From contig OZ253470.1 in NCBI GenBank assembly GCA_965261735.1, positions 1,440,001 to 1,504,000 on the forward strand: a DNA stretch of 64,000 nt, in the 5' to 3' direction. Of this stretch, positions 20,051-30,554 are shown in pieces. The notes beneath the pieces are model-generated. The model worked only from the letters and a program-made list of their open reading frames with translations, ran no database searches and was not told the DNA's origin. The DNA is from Alphaproteobacteria bacterium. GTDB taxonomy: Bacteria > Pseudomonadota > Alphaproteobacteria > SHVV01. The translations under genes were made by a program, and so were the position numbers. Each line of letters begins with the position of its first letter. Position 1 is the first letter of the stretch.

Positions 20051-20692
20051 GTGGGTACAGGTACGGTCAAGAAACTCGCCGACGATGCGCCCCGCGCGAG
20101 GGCCGAGCGGCCGACGCGCGAGGAGGCCCGCGAGGCGGTGCGCACGCTGTTGCGCTGGGCCGGCGACGATCCCGCGCGCGAGGGGCTCAAGGACACGCCC
20201 GAGCGCGTGGTCGGCGCCTATGAGGAGTACTTCACCGGCTACAACGAGGATCCCGTCGAGATTCTCGCGCGCACCTTCGAGGAGACCAGCGGTTACGATG
20301 AGATGATCGTCCTGCGCGACATCCGCCTCGAATCCTTCTGCGAGCACCACATCGCGCCGATCATCGGCCGCACCCACGTCGCCTATCTGCCCAACCAGCG
20401 CATCGTCGGCATCAGCAAGCTCGCTCGCCTGGTCGAGGTCTTCGGCCGGCGCCTGCAGGTGCAGGAGAAGTTCACCGCCCAGGTTGCGGGCACGGTCGAT
20501 CAGGTCCTGCAGCCGCGCGGCGTCGCCGTCGTCGTCGAGGCGACGCACCACTGCATGACCACGCGTGGCGTCCACAAGTCGGGCACGACGCTGGTGACGA
20601 GCCACATGCTCGGCGCCTTCCGCACCGACCCCAAGACGCGGCGCGAGTTCCTCTCGATCATCGGCAACCCTTCGAGCAGCATGATGGCGTAG
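20051..20692 (+). CDS. folE: GTP cyclohydrolase I
   Basis: [35 protein letters not shown]; GTG start after GGAGG. Confidence 0.95.
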   Translation: MGTGTVKKLADDAPRARAERPTREEAREAVRTLLRWAGDDPAREGLKDTPERVVGAYEEYFTGYNEDPVEILARTFEETSGYDEMIVLRDIRLESFCEHHIAPIIGRTHVAYLPNQRIVGISKLARLVEVFGRRLQVQEKFTAQVAGTVDQVLQPRGVAVVVEATHHCMTTRGVHKSGTTLVTSHMLGAFRTDPKTRREFLSIIGNPSSSMMA

Positions 20693-20797
20693 CCCACCCG
20701 GGCACACCCGATGGCTTGCCAGAGCGCTTAGCCCGCCGCCGCTCATGAGCGTCGTAGAGACCAGCGATCGAACCAGCCCGGGGGAGACCGGCGGCTC

Positions 20798-22246
20798 GTG
20801 ATCGACCTTCGCCCGGTCCTGTTCGTCATCGGCATCCTGCTCGTCACGCTGGCCGTGGCGATGCTGTTGCCCGCGCTGTTCGATGCCGCCGCCGCCAACC
20901 CCGACTGGCGCGGCTTCGTTGGTGCGGCGGCCATCGGCCTGTTTATCGGCGGCTCCCTGATCCTGTCCAACCGCGTCGAGTCGCGCGATTTCACGGTGCG
21001 CGAGGCGTTCCTTTTTACCGGTCTCGCCTGGGTCGTGATGGCCGCTTTCTCGGCGCTGCCCTTTGCCTTCTCGAACCTCGGCCTGAGCTACACGGACGCC
21101 TTCTTCGAATCGATGTCGGGCATCACCACGACCGGATCGACCGTGATCGCGGGGCTCGATACGGCGCCGCCCGGCATCCTGCTGTGGCGTGCCCTGCTAC
21201 AGTGGCTCGGCGGCATCGGCATCATCGTGATGGCGGTGGCGATCTTCCCGCGCCTGCAGGTCGCCGGCATGCAGCTGTTCCAGGCCGAAACGTCGGACCC
21301 GTCGGAGAAGGTGCTGCCGCGCACGGCCCAGCTCGCGGTCGCGATCGGGCTCGTCTACCTCGCCCTCTCGCTGTTGTGCGCGGGCGCGCTGTGGGGTGCG
21401 GGCATGACCCCGTTCGAGGCGGTGGTTCACGCCATGACCACCATCGCCACGGGCGGGTTCTCGACATCTGACGCCTCGATCGGGCATTTCGGTAGCGCCG
21501 CGGTCGATGGCATCGTTACACTCTTCATGATCGTCGGCAGCCTTCCCTTCGTGCTCCTCGTCGGGGCCACCCGCCGAAACGCGGCCGCGCTGTGGCGCGA
21601 CAGCCAGGTCCGGTTCTTCCTCACCGTCCTCGCCGGCCTGGTCGCGGCGATAGCGTTGTGGCTCGCGGCCACCGGCCAGTTCGGCCCGGCCGAGGCGGTG
21701 CGCTATGCGGCCTTCAACGTGGTCTCCATCGTCACCGGCACCGGATACGCGACCGCGGATTACGGCCTGTGGGGGAGCTTCCCCGTGATCTGCTTCCTGT
21801 TTTTCATGTTCGTCGGCGGCTGCGCCGGCTCGACCAGCTGCGGCATCAAGATCTTCCGCTACCAGGTGCTGTTCGCGACCGCCGGCGTGCAGCTGAGGAG
21901 CCTGTGGCACCCGCACGGCGTGTTCGTCGCCCACTACAACCGCAAACCCATCCCCGACTCGGTATCTGACGCGGTCGTCTCCTTTTTCTTTCTGTTCGCC
22001 TTTTCCTACGCGCTGCTCGCGCTCGCGCTGACCGCGCTCGGCCTCGATTTCATGACCAGCGTCTCGGCGGCGGCCACGGCCATCACCAATGTCGGCCCGG
22101 CGCTCGGCGACATCGTCGGCCCGTCCGGCAACTTCGCGCCATTGCCCGACGCGGCGAAATGGCTGCTCGCCGCCGGCATGCTGCTCGGGCGGCTCGAGAT
22201 CATCACCATCCTGGTGCTGTTCACGCGACGCTTCTGGCAGGGTTAG
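20798..22246 (+). CDS. trkH: TrkH potassium uptake permease
   Basis: FESMSGITTTG, QWLGG.G, TGGF, TGTGY, GSTSCGIK, GRLE. Confidence 0.95.
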   Translation: MIDLRPVLFVIGILLVTLAVAMLLPALFDAAAANPDWRGFVGAAAIGLFIGGSLILSNRVESRDFTVREAFLFTGLAWVVMAAFSALPFAFSNLGLSYTDAFFESMSGITTTGSTVIAGLDTAPPGILLWRALLQWLGGIGIIVMAVAIFPRLQVAGMQLFQAETSDPSEKVLPRTAQLAVAIGLVYLALSLLCAGALWGAGMTPFEAVVHAMTTIATGGFSTSDASIGHFGSAAVDGIVTLFMIVGSLPFVLLVGATRRNAAALWRDSQVRFFLTVLAGLVAAIALWLAATGQFGPAEAVRYAAFNVVSIVTGTGYATADYGLWGSFPVICFLFFMFVGGCAGSTSCGIKIFRYQVLFATAGVQLRSLWHPHGVFVAHYNRKPIPDSVSDAVVSFFFLFAFSYALLALALTALGLDFMTSVSAAATAITNVGPALGDIVGPSGNFAPLPDAAKWLLAAGMLLGRLEIITILVLFTRRFWQG

Positions 22247-22282
22247 CCACTTGGGTGCACGGGAAAGTGACTCATTGTTCAT

Positions 22283-22376
22283 CCCCCTCCCGCCGGGAGA
22301 GGGAGAATAATGGCTCTATGTCAAATTCTTACCCCTCCCCCTTGATGGGGGAGGGTGGGGAGGGGGTGACGCGCGG
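22283..22376. repeat. REP/BIME-like palindromic element, copy 2
   Basis: Colinear with about 14579..14673; same terminal GGGGGTGACGCGCGG. Confidence 0.75.
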
Positions 22377-22458
22377 TCTTACGCAAGCAAGGACTAAGCC
22401 CGCGCGCACCACCACCATCAAGGTTGATCGCCGCCCCAAGATTGGCGACCCTGCGCGC

Positions 22459-23622
22459 ATGGCCGGGCCCACCTACTCTCCCGTCGAGATGATCGAGCGG
22501 CTGGTGTCCTTCGATACCACCAGCCGCAACCCCAACCTGGAGCTCATCGACTTCGTCGCTGACTACCTCGCCAAGCACGGCGTCGACTCCGAGATCATCC
22601 GCGACGAAACCGGCACTAAAGCCAACCTCTACGCGACCCTCGGCGGGCCGGGCGAGGGCGGGGTCGTGCTCTCCGGCCATACCGACGTCGTCCCGGTGGA
22701 CGGCCAGTCCTGGGCGAGCGAGCCATTCGTCGTCAGCGAGCGCGACGGACGCCTCTTCGGCCGCGGCACCGCCGACATGAAGAGCTTCCTCGCCACCGCG
22801 CTGGCGCTGGTGCCCGAGTTTCTCGCCCGCGAGCTGACGCGCCCGATCCACCTCGCGCTTTCCTACGACGAGGAGGTCGGCTGCCTCGGCGTGCATGGCA
22901 TTGTCCGCCACCTCGATTCGAGCCTGCCGCGCCCGGCCATCGTTATTATCGGCGAGCCGACCGAGATGAGGGTGGTCAACGCGCACAAGGGCATCCGCGC
23001 CTACCGCACCGTGGTCACCGGCGTCGAGGCCCACTCGAGCGCCACCCACGTCGGCGTCAACGCGGTCATGTTTGCTGCCGAGTTGATCGGCTTCCTGGGC
23101 CGGTTGGCCGAGGAGATGAAGGCCCGGGCCGGCCCGGAGAGCCGCTTCGAACCGCCCTATGGAACGGTGCATGTGGGCACGGTCGCCGGCGGCACGGCGC
23201 TGAACATCATCCCGCGACAGTGCAGCTTCATGTGGGAATACCGGGCGCTGCCGGGCGCCGACGAGGACGAGCCGCTGGCGCGTTTCGAGGCACACGTGCG
23301 CGATGAGGTGTTGCCACGCATGCGTGCGGTCTCGGCCCTCGCCGACGTCGTCACCGAGGCCCACGCGCGGGTGCCACCGCTGCGGCCGATGGACGCATCG
23401 CCAGCGGAGGCGTTGGTCATGGCCCTGGCCCCGAGCAACCAGACCTTTGCGGTTTCCTACGGCACCGAGGGCGGCATCTTTCAGGAGGCCGGCATCCCGA
23501 CCGTGATCTGCGGCCCTGGCAATATCGCGCAGGCCCACAAGCCCGACGAGTTCATCACCCGCGAACAGGTCGAGGCGTGCGCCGCGTTCCTGCGCCGGCT
23601 CTTGGACCATGTCTCGCGTTGA
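22459..23622 (+). CDS. argE: Acetylornithine deacetylase
   Basis: SGHTDVVP, GRGTADMK, YDEEVG, GEPT, AHKPDE. Confidence 0.92.
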   Translation: MAGPTYSPVEMIERLVSFDTTSRNPNLELIDFVADYLAKHGVDSEIIRDETGTKANLYATLGGPGEGGVVLSGHTDVVPVDGQSWASEPFVVSERDGRLFGRGTADMKSFLATALALVPEFLARELTRPIHLALSYDEEVGCLGVHGIVRHLDSSLPRPAIVIIGEPTEMRVVNAHKGIRAYRTVVTGVEAHSSATHVGVNAVMFAAELIGFLGRLAEEMKARAGPESRFEPPYGTVHVGTVAGGTALNIIPRQCSFMWEYRALPGADEDEPLARFEAHVRDEVLPRMRAVSALADVVTEAHARVPPLRPMDASPAEALVMALAPSNQTFAVSYGTEGGIFQEAGIPTVICGPGNIAQAHKPDEFITREQVEACAAFLRRLLDHVSR

Positions 23623-24088
23623 GCGCGCGCCGCGCCCCGGCGCGGTCTTCACCATCGGCTACGAGGGCGCCGCCGTGCCCGCCTTTCTCGCCACGCTCGG
23701 CGAGGCCAGCGTGAGCACGCTCATCGATGTGCGCGCGCTCGCCTGGTCGCGGCGCCGGGACTTTTCGCGCTCGGCGCTCGCCGCCTCCCTCACGGAGGCC
23801 GGGATCGCCTACCACCATCTCCCGGCGCTCGGCAACCCTAAGCCCGGCCGCGATGCAGCCCGCGCCGGCGACCACGCGGGTTTCCTGCGCGTCTTCTCCG
23901 CCCAGCTCGACGGCGAAGCAGGCCGCGCCGGTCTCGCGCAGGCCACCGCGATCGCGGCTCGCGAGCCGACCTGCCTGCTTTGCCTCGAGCGCGACCCCGG
24001 GCGCTGCCACCGAACCATCGTCGCCCGCGAAATCGCTGCCGCGGCGGCGCTCGAGGTGCACCCCCTTGTGGTACCGCCGCCCGCCTGA
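23609..24088 (+). CDS. DUF488 domain protein
   Basis: FTIGYEG, LIDVR, LGNP, LLCLERD..CHR. Confidence 0.85.
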   Translation: MSRVERAPRPGAVFTIGYEGAAVPAFLATLGEASVSTLIDVRALAWSRRRDFSRSALAASLTEAGIAYHHLPALGNPKPGRDAARAGDHAGFLRVFSAQLDGEAGRAGLAQATAIAAREPTCLLCLERDPGRCHRTIVAREIAAAAALEVHPLVVPPPA

Positions 24089-24097
24089 GACACGCCG

Positions 24098-24916
24098 ATG
24101 CGGCGCCTGCCTGTCCTCGAAATCATCATTGCGGCCAACGTCTTCGTGTGGCGCGAACGGCGCGATTTTTTCTCGCTCGCCTTCCCGGCCATCGCGGTGC
24201 TCGCTTTCTGGGTCACGCTCGGCGGGTGGTTCGCCGGGGGCACCGACGCCGAGGCGCTCGCGCGAGCGCCGGCGGGCGCCGTGGCGGCGGCCCTGTTCGT
24301 TGCGATCGCCTTTTTCTGGGTCGTGTTTGCGGTCGCCTGGCATCGACGATACCTGCTGCCGGCCGAGTCGACGACGGTGCGCGAGGCGTTGCGCTGGGGG
24401 CGACGACAGACGCGGTTTCTCCTTCGCGCCATCGCCGTCTACGCGCTGCTCCTGCTTGCCTGGTTGGCGCTGGTCCTGGTCGGGTCGGTCGGCGGTGCCG
24501 CGGCGGGCGCCGCGGGCGCGGGCGCGGTGCTGCCGTTGATCGTCGTGTCGCTGGTGGCGGGCCTGTATGGATTCGCCCGGCTGGCGCTACTGTTCCCCGC
24601 CACGGCGCTGGACGAGCTACTCACATTCGTCGACTGCTGGGCATTGACCCGGGGCAACGGCTGGCGGCTCGTCGCCATTATCCTCCTGGTCGCGGTTCCG
24701 GTGACGCTCGTCGGCGCCGTGATCGGTTATCTCGTCATGGCCGTGGCTTCGGCCGCGGCCGGGCCGGGAAACCTGACGGTGAGTTTCGTCCGGGCCCTCG
24801 TCGACCAGACTTTGGGCTTCATCGGCATCGCCGTCGGCGTGTCGGCCCTCTCGATCGCTTACGAGAAGCTCAGGTTCCGGGCCCGTCCCGGTGGCCCCGC
24901 CGTGGATGATGGCTAG
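24098..24916 (+). CDS. Hypothetical integral membrane protein
   Basis: About 6 TM helices; WHRRYL and LTRGNGWRL motifs. Confidence 0.75.
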   Translation: MRRLPVLEIIIAANVFVWRERRDFFSLAFPAIAVLAFWVTLGGWFAGGTDAEALARAPAGAVAAALFVAIAFFWVVFAVAWHRRYLLPAESTTVREALRWGRRQTRFLLRAIAVYALLLLAWLALVLVGSVGGAAAGAAGAGAVLPLIVVSLVAGLYGFARLALLFPATALDELLTFVDCWALTRGNGWRLVAIILLVAVPVTLVGAVIGYLVMAVASAAAGPGNLTVSFVRALVDQTLGFIGIAVGVSALSIAYEKLRFRARPGGPAVDDG

Positions 24917-25509
24917 AGCAGGTAGGGCGCCAAGTGCTGGCGAATGTTCTTTTCGAGCTCCACATCGAGGCTCCGCATCAGGGCCTCGGTGATCTCATAG
25001 TAGATCCGCAAGCGGTCGTTGACCGTGATGTCTTCGGGGACGGTGCGGCTGTAAGTCGCCCGCGCGGTGGCAAAGGCATTGCGGAAGCCGCGCGCCGAGC
25101 GCACCTGGACCGTCACCTCGAGCACGCCGTCGAATCGGTATTCCTGATCGATGTAGAACGCGCCGACGACGCCGCGCCGTTTTTCGAGTGTGGTCGCGCG
25201 CACGCCCGCCTCGGTGATAATCACGCGCGCCTTGCCCTCGGCGCCGCCTGCGGCGATCCGGTCCGAGCCCCAGCGCGCGGCGGCGCCCGCTGGCGTCACC
25301 GGGAACTCGTGTTCGACGTGGGGGCTCACCAGCGGCGGCACATAGTCGTCGATGACTTCGACCGAGCCGACGTCGAGCCGCAGCGTACCGAGATGGGTGT
25401 AGCTGAGCTCCGGAAATACCGGCGCCGGCGCCGGCACCTGGCATGCCGCGACGAGCAACGCCGCGGCCATGGCGAGGGCGCGCAGCGCGTACCCGTGGGC
25501 GGTCCTCAT
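24913..25509 (-). CDS. Hypothetical lipoprotein
   Basis: Lipobox LVAAC; start overlaps the hslO stop. Confidence 0.75.
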   Translation of the reverse strand: MRTAHGYALRALAMAAALLVAACQVPAPAPVFPELSYTHLGTLRLDVGSVEVIDDYVPPLVSPHVEHEFPVTPAGAAARWGSDRIAAGGAEGKARVIITEAGVRATTLEKRRGVVGAFYIDQEYRFDGVLEVTVQVRSARGFRNAFATARATYSRTVPEDITVNDRLRIYYEITEALMRSLDVELEKNIRQHLAPYLL

Positions 25510-26459
25510 GTGGCCTCCTTTCCGGGTTGGGCGGCAGCGGCCACCTCCTCCGGCGCAAAGACGTAAGTCCGATTGCAGAATTGACAGGTGACGACGATAC
25601 GCCCCTCCTCGACCATGGCTTCGACCTCGCGGCGCGGAAACATCGACAGCACCTCGCGCACGCGCCCCTGGCTGCACCGGCAGCCCGCCTTCAGCGGGAG
25701 GGCGCGAAACACGCGCGGGCCGTGTCGCTGGAACAGGCGGTAGAGCAGCCGATCAGGGGTGATGCCGGGATCGACCAGCTCGTCCGGGCGCACCGTCCCG
25801 AGCAGAGCCAGCGCGGCATGCCAGTCGTCGTCCTCGGGCAGGTCCGAGGCGTCGGCCCCGCCCGCGGGAGGCATGCGCTGGATCATGATGCCGCCGGTAC
25901 GCCAGGTTTCGCCCGCGCCCTCCGCTGCGACTCGTCCGACCGCCAGGTGGATGCCCGTGTTGAGCTGCTCGGACTGACTGAAATAGGTGTTGGCGCAGCC
26001 GGCGAGGGTCGTGCCCTCGATGGCGACGATGCCCTGGTAGGTCTCGGTGTCGGGGCCCTGGTCGACCGTGATCGCCAGGTGGCCGGCGCCGAGGACGGCG
26101 GCGACCGAAGGGGCGCGCCCGACAACGCCGCTGACTTCGCCGAGCGCGTCAGGATCGAAGCGCGCGTAACCGCGCAGGGACCCCGGCACCTCGAAATCGG
26201 CCACCATCATGCTGACCGGCCCGTCGCTCTTGGTCTGCAGACTGAGCACACCGTCGAACTTCAGCGCCCCGGCAAGCACGCTCGCTAGCGTAAGCAACTC
26301 GCCCAGCATGACCGACACCGGAGCCGGGTAGTGGTGGCGCTCGAGCACCTCGTCGACCGCCGCCCCGAGGCGCACGAGACGGCCGCGCACCCCCAGTCCA
26401 TCGACCTGAAAGGGTTGCAGCAGATCGTCCGCGAGCTGAGGTGCGACCTGGGTCAGCAT
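25506..26459 (-). CDS. hslO: Hsp33 redox-regulated chaperone
   Basis: [24 protein letters not shown]...CQFC zinc motif. Confidence 0.95.
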   Translation of the reverse strand: MLTQVAPQLADDLLQPFQVDGLGVRGRLVRLGAAVDEVLERHHYPAPVSVMLGELLTLASVLAGALKFDGVLSLQTKSDGPVSMMVADFEVPGSLRGYARFDPDALGEVSGVVGRAPSVAAVLGAGHLAITVDQGPDTETYQGIVAIEGTTLAGCANTYFSQSEQLNTGIHLAVGRVAAEGAGETWRTGGIMIQRMPPAGGADASDLPEDDDWHAALALLGTVRPDELVDPGITPDRLLYRLFQRHGPRVFRALPLKAGCRCSQGRVREVLSMFPRREVEAMVEEGRIVVTCQFCNRTYVFAPEEVAAAAQPGKEAT

Positions 26460-27358
26460 ACGGCCAGGCACCAGGCGAGAATGCCTCGTTGCGCGTGAAG
26501 CCGGTTTTCGGCCTCGTCCCACACGACCGAGCGCGGCCCGTCGATCACATCGGCGGTGACCTCCTGGCCGCGGTGCGCCGGTAGGCAGTGCATGAAGATG
26601 GCGTCGGGCGCGGCGAGTCCCATGAGGCGCTCGTCGACCTGATAGGGCCGGAGCAGATTGTGGCGGCTCTCGCTCGGCTCGTCGCGCATCGACACCCAGG
26701 TGTCGGTAACGACGCAATCGGCGCCGGCCACGGCCGCCTCGGGCTCCTCGGTCACGACCACGCGCCCGCCCTCGGCCTCGGCCCACGCCAGTACGTCGGG
26801 GGGCGGACGCCGGGCCTCCGGGCAAGCCACACGCAGCTCGAAGTCGAAGCGCACCGCGGCGTGGATCCAGGACACCGCGACATTGTTGCCGTCGCCCGAC
26901 CAGGCGACGACGCGTCCCGCGATGGGGCCGCGGTGGCGCTCGAATGTCATCACATCGGCCATGAGCTGGCACGGGTGGGTGGCGTCCGTCAGGCCGTTGA
27001 TGACCGGCACCTCGGCGCTGGCAGCAAGCTCCAGCAGCATAGCGTGGCGGGGAGCGCGAATGACGATGCCGTCGACGTAGCGTGACAGGGCGCGCGCCGT
27101 GTCGGCGACGCTTTCGCCGCGGCCGACCTGCATGTCGTGGCCGTGCAGCACGATGGTGCTGCCGCCGAGCTTGCGCATGGCCACGTCGAAGGAGACGCGC
27201 GTGCGAGTCGAGGGCTCCTCGAAGATCATCGCCAGCACCTTGCCCTCGAGCAGGCGCCGCGCGCCGTCCTCGCGGAGGTCGGCAGCGAGGTCGAGGATGC
27301 TCCGCAGCGTCCCCGAGTCGAGCGCATCGAGGTCGAGGAAATGGCGCGGCGCGCTCAT
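26453..27358 (-). CDS. argF: Ornithine carbamoyltransferase
   Basis: STRT, HPCQ, DTWVSM, HCLP. Confidence 0.96.
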   Translation of the reverse strand: MSAPRHFLDLDALDSGTLRSILDLAADLREDGARRLLEGKVLAMIFEEPSTRTRVSFDVAMRKLGGSTIVLHGHDMQVGRGESVADTARALSRYVDGIVIRAPRHAMLLELAASAEVPVINGLTDATHPCQLMADVMTFERHRGPIAGRVVAWSGDGNNVAVSWIHAAVRFDFELRVACPEARRPPPDVLAWAEAEGGRVVVTEEPEAAVAGADCVVTDTWVSMRDEPSESRHNLLRPYQVDERLMGLAAPDAIFMHCLPAHRGQEVTADVIDGPRSVVWDEAENRLHAQRGILAWCLAVC

Positions 27359-28527
27359 GAGGCGAGCTCGGCGCAGGCCGCGTTGAGCCGCGCGAGCGCC
27401 GCGTCGACATGGCTTTCGTCGATGATCAGCGGCGGCAGTAGTCGGACCACGTTGTCGGCCGCGGCGACGCTCAGCATGCCGTGGCGGTACAGGGCCTCGA
27501 CGAGATCGGTATTGGGGCACAAGCACTTCAGCCCCATCAGCAGGCCGACGCCGCGCACGTCCTCAATGACGCCCTGGTAGCGCCGCACGAGCTCCGCGAG
27601 GCGTGCCTCGAGCACGACGGCGATGCGCTCCACGTGCGCGAGGAATCCATCGGCCAGCATCACGTCGAGCACGGCGTTGGCGGCGGCTGCGGCGAGCGGG
27701 TTGCCGCCGAAGGTCGAGCCGTGGGTGCCGGCGGTCATGCCGACGGCGGCGGCTTGAGTGGCGAGGCAGGCGCCGATCGGGAAGCCGCCACCGAGCGCCT
27801 TGGCCACCGCCATGACATCGGGCGTCACACCCTCGCGCTCGTACGCGAACAGGCGGCCCGAACGGCCGATGCCGGTCTGTACCTCGTCGAGGAAGAGGAG
27901 CAACCCGTGGGCATCGGCGAGGCCGCGCAGCTCGGTGAGGAAGCCCGGCGGCGGCACCCGGATGCCGCCCTCGCCCTGCACAGGCTCGACGAGAATAGCC
28001 GCGGTCTCGCCGCCGATCGCCCGAGCGACCGCGCTCGCATCGCCCCATGGCACCTGATCGAAGCCGTCCACCAGCGGCGCGAAACCGGCGACGTGCTTCT
28101 CCTGGCGCCCGGCGCTGATCGTCGCCAGCGAGCGCCCGTGGAAGGCGCCCTCGAAGGTGATCACGCGGTAGCGCTCGGCATGGCCGGTCTCGTCGTGGTA
28201 CTTGCGCACCAGCTTGAGGCCGCACTCCACCGCCTCAACGCCCGAATTGGTGAAAAAGACGGTGTCGGCGAAGCTGTGGGCGACGAGCCTGTCTGCCAGC
28301 CGCTCCTGACCGGCGATGCGGAACAGGTTAGAGGTGTGCCACAGCTTGCCGGCCTGCTCGCGCACCGCCGCGACGAGCTCGGGGTGGGCGTGGCCGAGGC
28401 CGGTCACCGCGATGCCCGAGGCGAAGTCGAGGAACTCACGCCCGTCGGCGGTATAGAGGAAGGCGCCCTCGCCGCGCTCGAACGCCAAGTCGGCGCGGCC
28501 GTAGGTCGGCATGACGGCAGTGATCAC
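27355..28527 (-). CDS. argD: Acetylornithine aminotransferase
   Basis: [35 protein letters not shown]; upstream of argF. Confidence 0.93.
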   Translation of the reverse strand: MITAVMPTYGRADLAFERGEGAFLYTADGREFLDFASGIAVTGLGHAHPELVAAVREQAGKLWHTSNLFRIAGQERLADRLVAHSFADTVFFTNSGVEAVECGLKLVRKYHDETGHAERYRVITFEGAFHGRSLATISAGRQEKHVAGFAPLVDGFDQVPWGDASAVARAIGGETAAILVEPVQGEGGIRVPPPGFLTELRGLADAHGLLLFLDEVQTGIGRSGRLFAYEREGVTPDVMAVAKALGGGFPIGACLATQAAAVGMTAGTHGSTFGGNPLAAAAANAVLDVMLADGFLAHVERIAVVLEARLAELVRRYQGVIEDVRGVGLLMGLKCLCPNTDLVEALYRHGMLSVAAADNVVRLLPPLIIDESHVDAALARLNAACAELAS

Positions 28528-28635
28528 GAATGCTCTCCCGATCACGAAACCGCAGGGTGTGCGCGCGGCCCGGTTTTGCTGGGAAAGCGAACGAGTATGG
28601 TCACCGAGCCGAGCTCTGTCAACGCGCCGGCAGCC

Positions 28636-29445
28636 TCATGCCTTGAGTTTCCAGCCGCGCGTGAACAGGACGTAGCAGGTGACCCACAGCACCACGTCGA
28701 TGGCGCCGAGCACGATGGCGCCCGTCAGGATCGAGCCGTCCGACTGGCCGATGAAGCCGTAGCGGAACCCGTCGATCATGTAGAAGAACGGATCGATCCG
28801 GCTCAGGCTGAGCCAGGGATCGGGCAGGCGCTCGACCGAGTAGAAGGTGCCCGAGAGAAACGCCAACGGGGTGATGAAGAAGTTGGTGATGAAGGCGATG
28901 TTGTCGAACTTGTCGCCCCAGATGCCGACCAGGACGCCGGCCAGCGACAGCGCGAGCGCGGCGGCTGCGGCGAAAAAGATCACGGCGGCCACGCTGTGTA
29001 CCGAGAGCGGCACGAACAGCCATATCGCGGCCACGGTCACGACCGCCACCATCAGGCCGCGCGTCACGCCACCCATCGCGAAGGCGAAGGTGAGTTCGCC
29101 GGGGCTCAAGGGGGGCATCAGGATGTCGACGATGTTGCCCTGGATCTTCGAGACCACCAGCGTCGACGAGGCGTTGGCGAAGGCGTTCTGGATGATCGCC
29201 ATCATCGCCAACCCGGGCGCGAGAAACTGCAGGTAGGGCACGCCGCCGATGGTCTCGACCGCACGCCCGAGCGCCAGGGAGAACACAGCGAGAAACAGGA
29301 GCGCCGTGATCGCCGGCGCCAGCACCGTCTGGCCGCCTATTTTGAGGAAGCGCTGCACCTCGCGCATGTACAGCGTGCGCACGCCGATCCAGTTGACGGT
29401 GCCGATGGGCCGCGGCGCCGCCGTGCCGCCCGTGATGCCGGTCAT
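28636..29445 (-). CDS. ABC-2 type transporter permease (YadH-like)
   Basis: REVQRF, YLQFLAPGL, TPLAFLSGTFY, PFFYMIDGFR. Confidence 0.88.
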   Translation of the reverse strand: MTGITGGTAAPRPIGTVNWIGVRTLYMREVQRFLKIGGQTVLAPAITALLFLAVFSLALGRAVETIGGVPYLQFLAPGLAMMAIIQNAFANASSTLVVSKIQGNIVDILMPPLSPGELTFAFAMGGVTRGLMVAVVTVAAIWLFVPLSVHSVAAVIFFAAAAALALSLAGVLVGIWGDKFDNIAFITNFFITPLAFLSGTFYSVERLPDPWLSLSRIDPFFYMIDGFRYGFIGQSDGSILTGAIVLGAIDVVLWVTCYVLFTRGWKLKA

Positions 29446-30554
29446 TCTGCGCTCTCCGTTGAGGGGGCCGCCGAGCGGCGGTCCGACCTTCTACGTGGCG
29501 CGCTGCGCTGCTCGATGGCCCCGCCGTGGAGGAAGATCGTCCGCGTGGGGAAGGCGAACTCGACACCCTCGGCCTCGAAGCGCTGATAGAGCGCCAGGTT
29601 GATCGCCTGCTGAATGTCCATATAGACGTTGTAGTCGGGATCGGTGACGTAGTAGACGGTCTCGAAGTCGAGCGAGGAGTCGCCGTAGCTCTTGAAATGA
29701 GCGCGGTCGAAGCGGGTTTTCGGGTTGGCCTCGACGGCCTCGCGGATGATGCGCGGGATGCGCTCGAGCTGGTCGGGCGTGGTGCCGTAGACGACTCCGA
29801 GGGTGAACAGCACGCGGCGCTCGGCCATGCGCTTGTAGTTGCGGATGCGGGTGGAGAGCAGGTCGGAGTTCGAGCACACGATCTGCTCGCCGCTGAGGCT
29901 GCGCAGGCGCGTGGTCTTGAGGCCGATGCGCTCGACGGTGCCCATGTAGTCGTCGAAGATCACGAAGTCGCCGACTTCGAAGGGGCGGTCGATGACGATG
30001 GACAGCGAAGAGAACAGGTCGCTGAGGATGTTCTGTGCCGCCAGCGCGACCGCGATGCCGCTGATGCCGAGCCCGGCCACGAGCGCGGTCACGTTGATGC
30101 CGAGATTGTCGAGCATCAGTAGGACGGCAACGGCCCACACCGCAGTGCGGGCGATGATGTTGAGGACGTTGAGCGCCGAGGCCCCGGCCGGGTCCTTGCT
30201 CAAGGCATACGAAATGAGGTTCTTTACGACATGGCTGCCCCAGATCGCGCCTTGCACCGCCAGGGCGAGCACGATGACCAGCGAGGTGACGCGGCGCAGC
30301 GCCTCGGGGAGCACGAGGAAGTACGACCCGGCGAACAGTGCGGCGACGAGGATGATGGGAAGCCAGGTGCGCTCGAACAGGCCGAGCCCGACGGTGGCGA
30401 ACGCCGACTGCGCGCGGGCCGCCGAGCGTACGCGCCGGGCGATGGCGGCACGCATCGCGTAGAGGCCGACGAATACGACTACGGCCACGCCCAAGGCGAG
30501 CGCCCACACCACAACGTCGTTGCCGTAGAGGGACAGGTCTAGGGACATGCTCAT
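29442..30554 (-). CDS. MscS-family mechanosensitive channel
   Basis: GLGISGIAVALAAQ, PFEVGD, GTVERIGLKTT, AFPT. Confidence 0.92.
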   Translation of the reverse strand: MSMSLDLSLYGNDVVVWALALGVAVVVFVGLYAMRAAIARRVRSAARAQSAFATVGLGLFERTWLPIILVAALFAGSYFLVLPEALRRVTSLVIVLALAVQGAIWGSHVVKNLISYALSKDPAGASALNVLNIIARTAVWAVAVLLMLDNLGINVTALVAGLGISGIAVALAAQNILSDLFSSLSIVIDRPFEVGDFVIFDDYMGTVERIGLKTTRLRSLSGEQIVCSNSDLLSTRIRNYKRMAERRVLFTLGVVYGTTPDQLERIPRIIREAVEANPKTRFDRAHFKSYGDSSLDFETVYYVTDPDYNVYMDIQQAINLALYQRFEAEGVEFAFPTRTIFLHGGAIEQRSAPRRRSDRRSAAPSTESAE

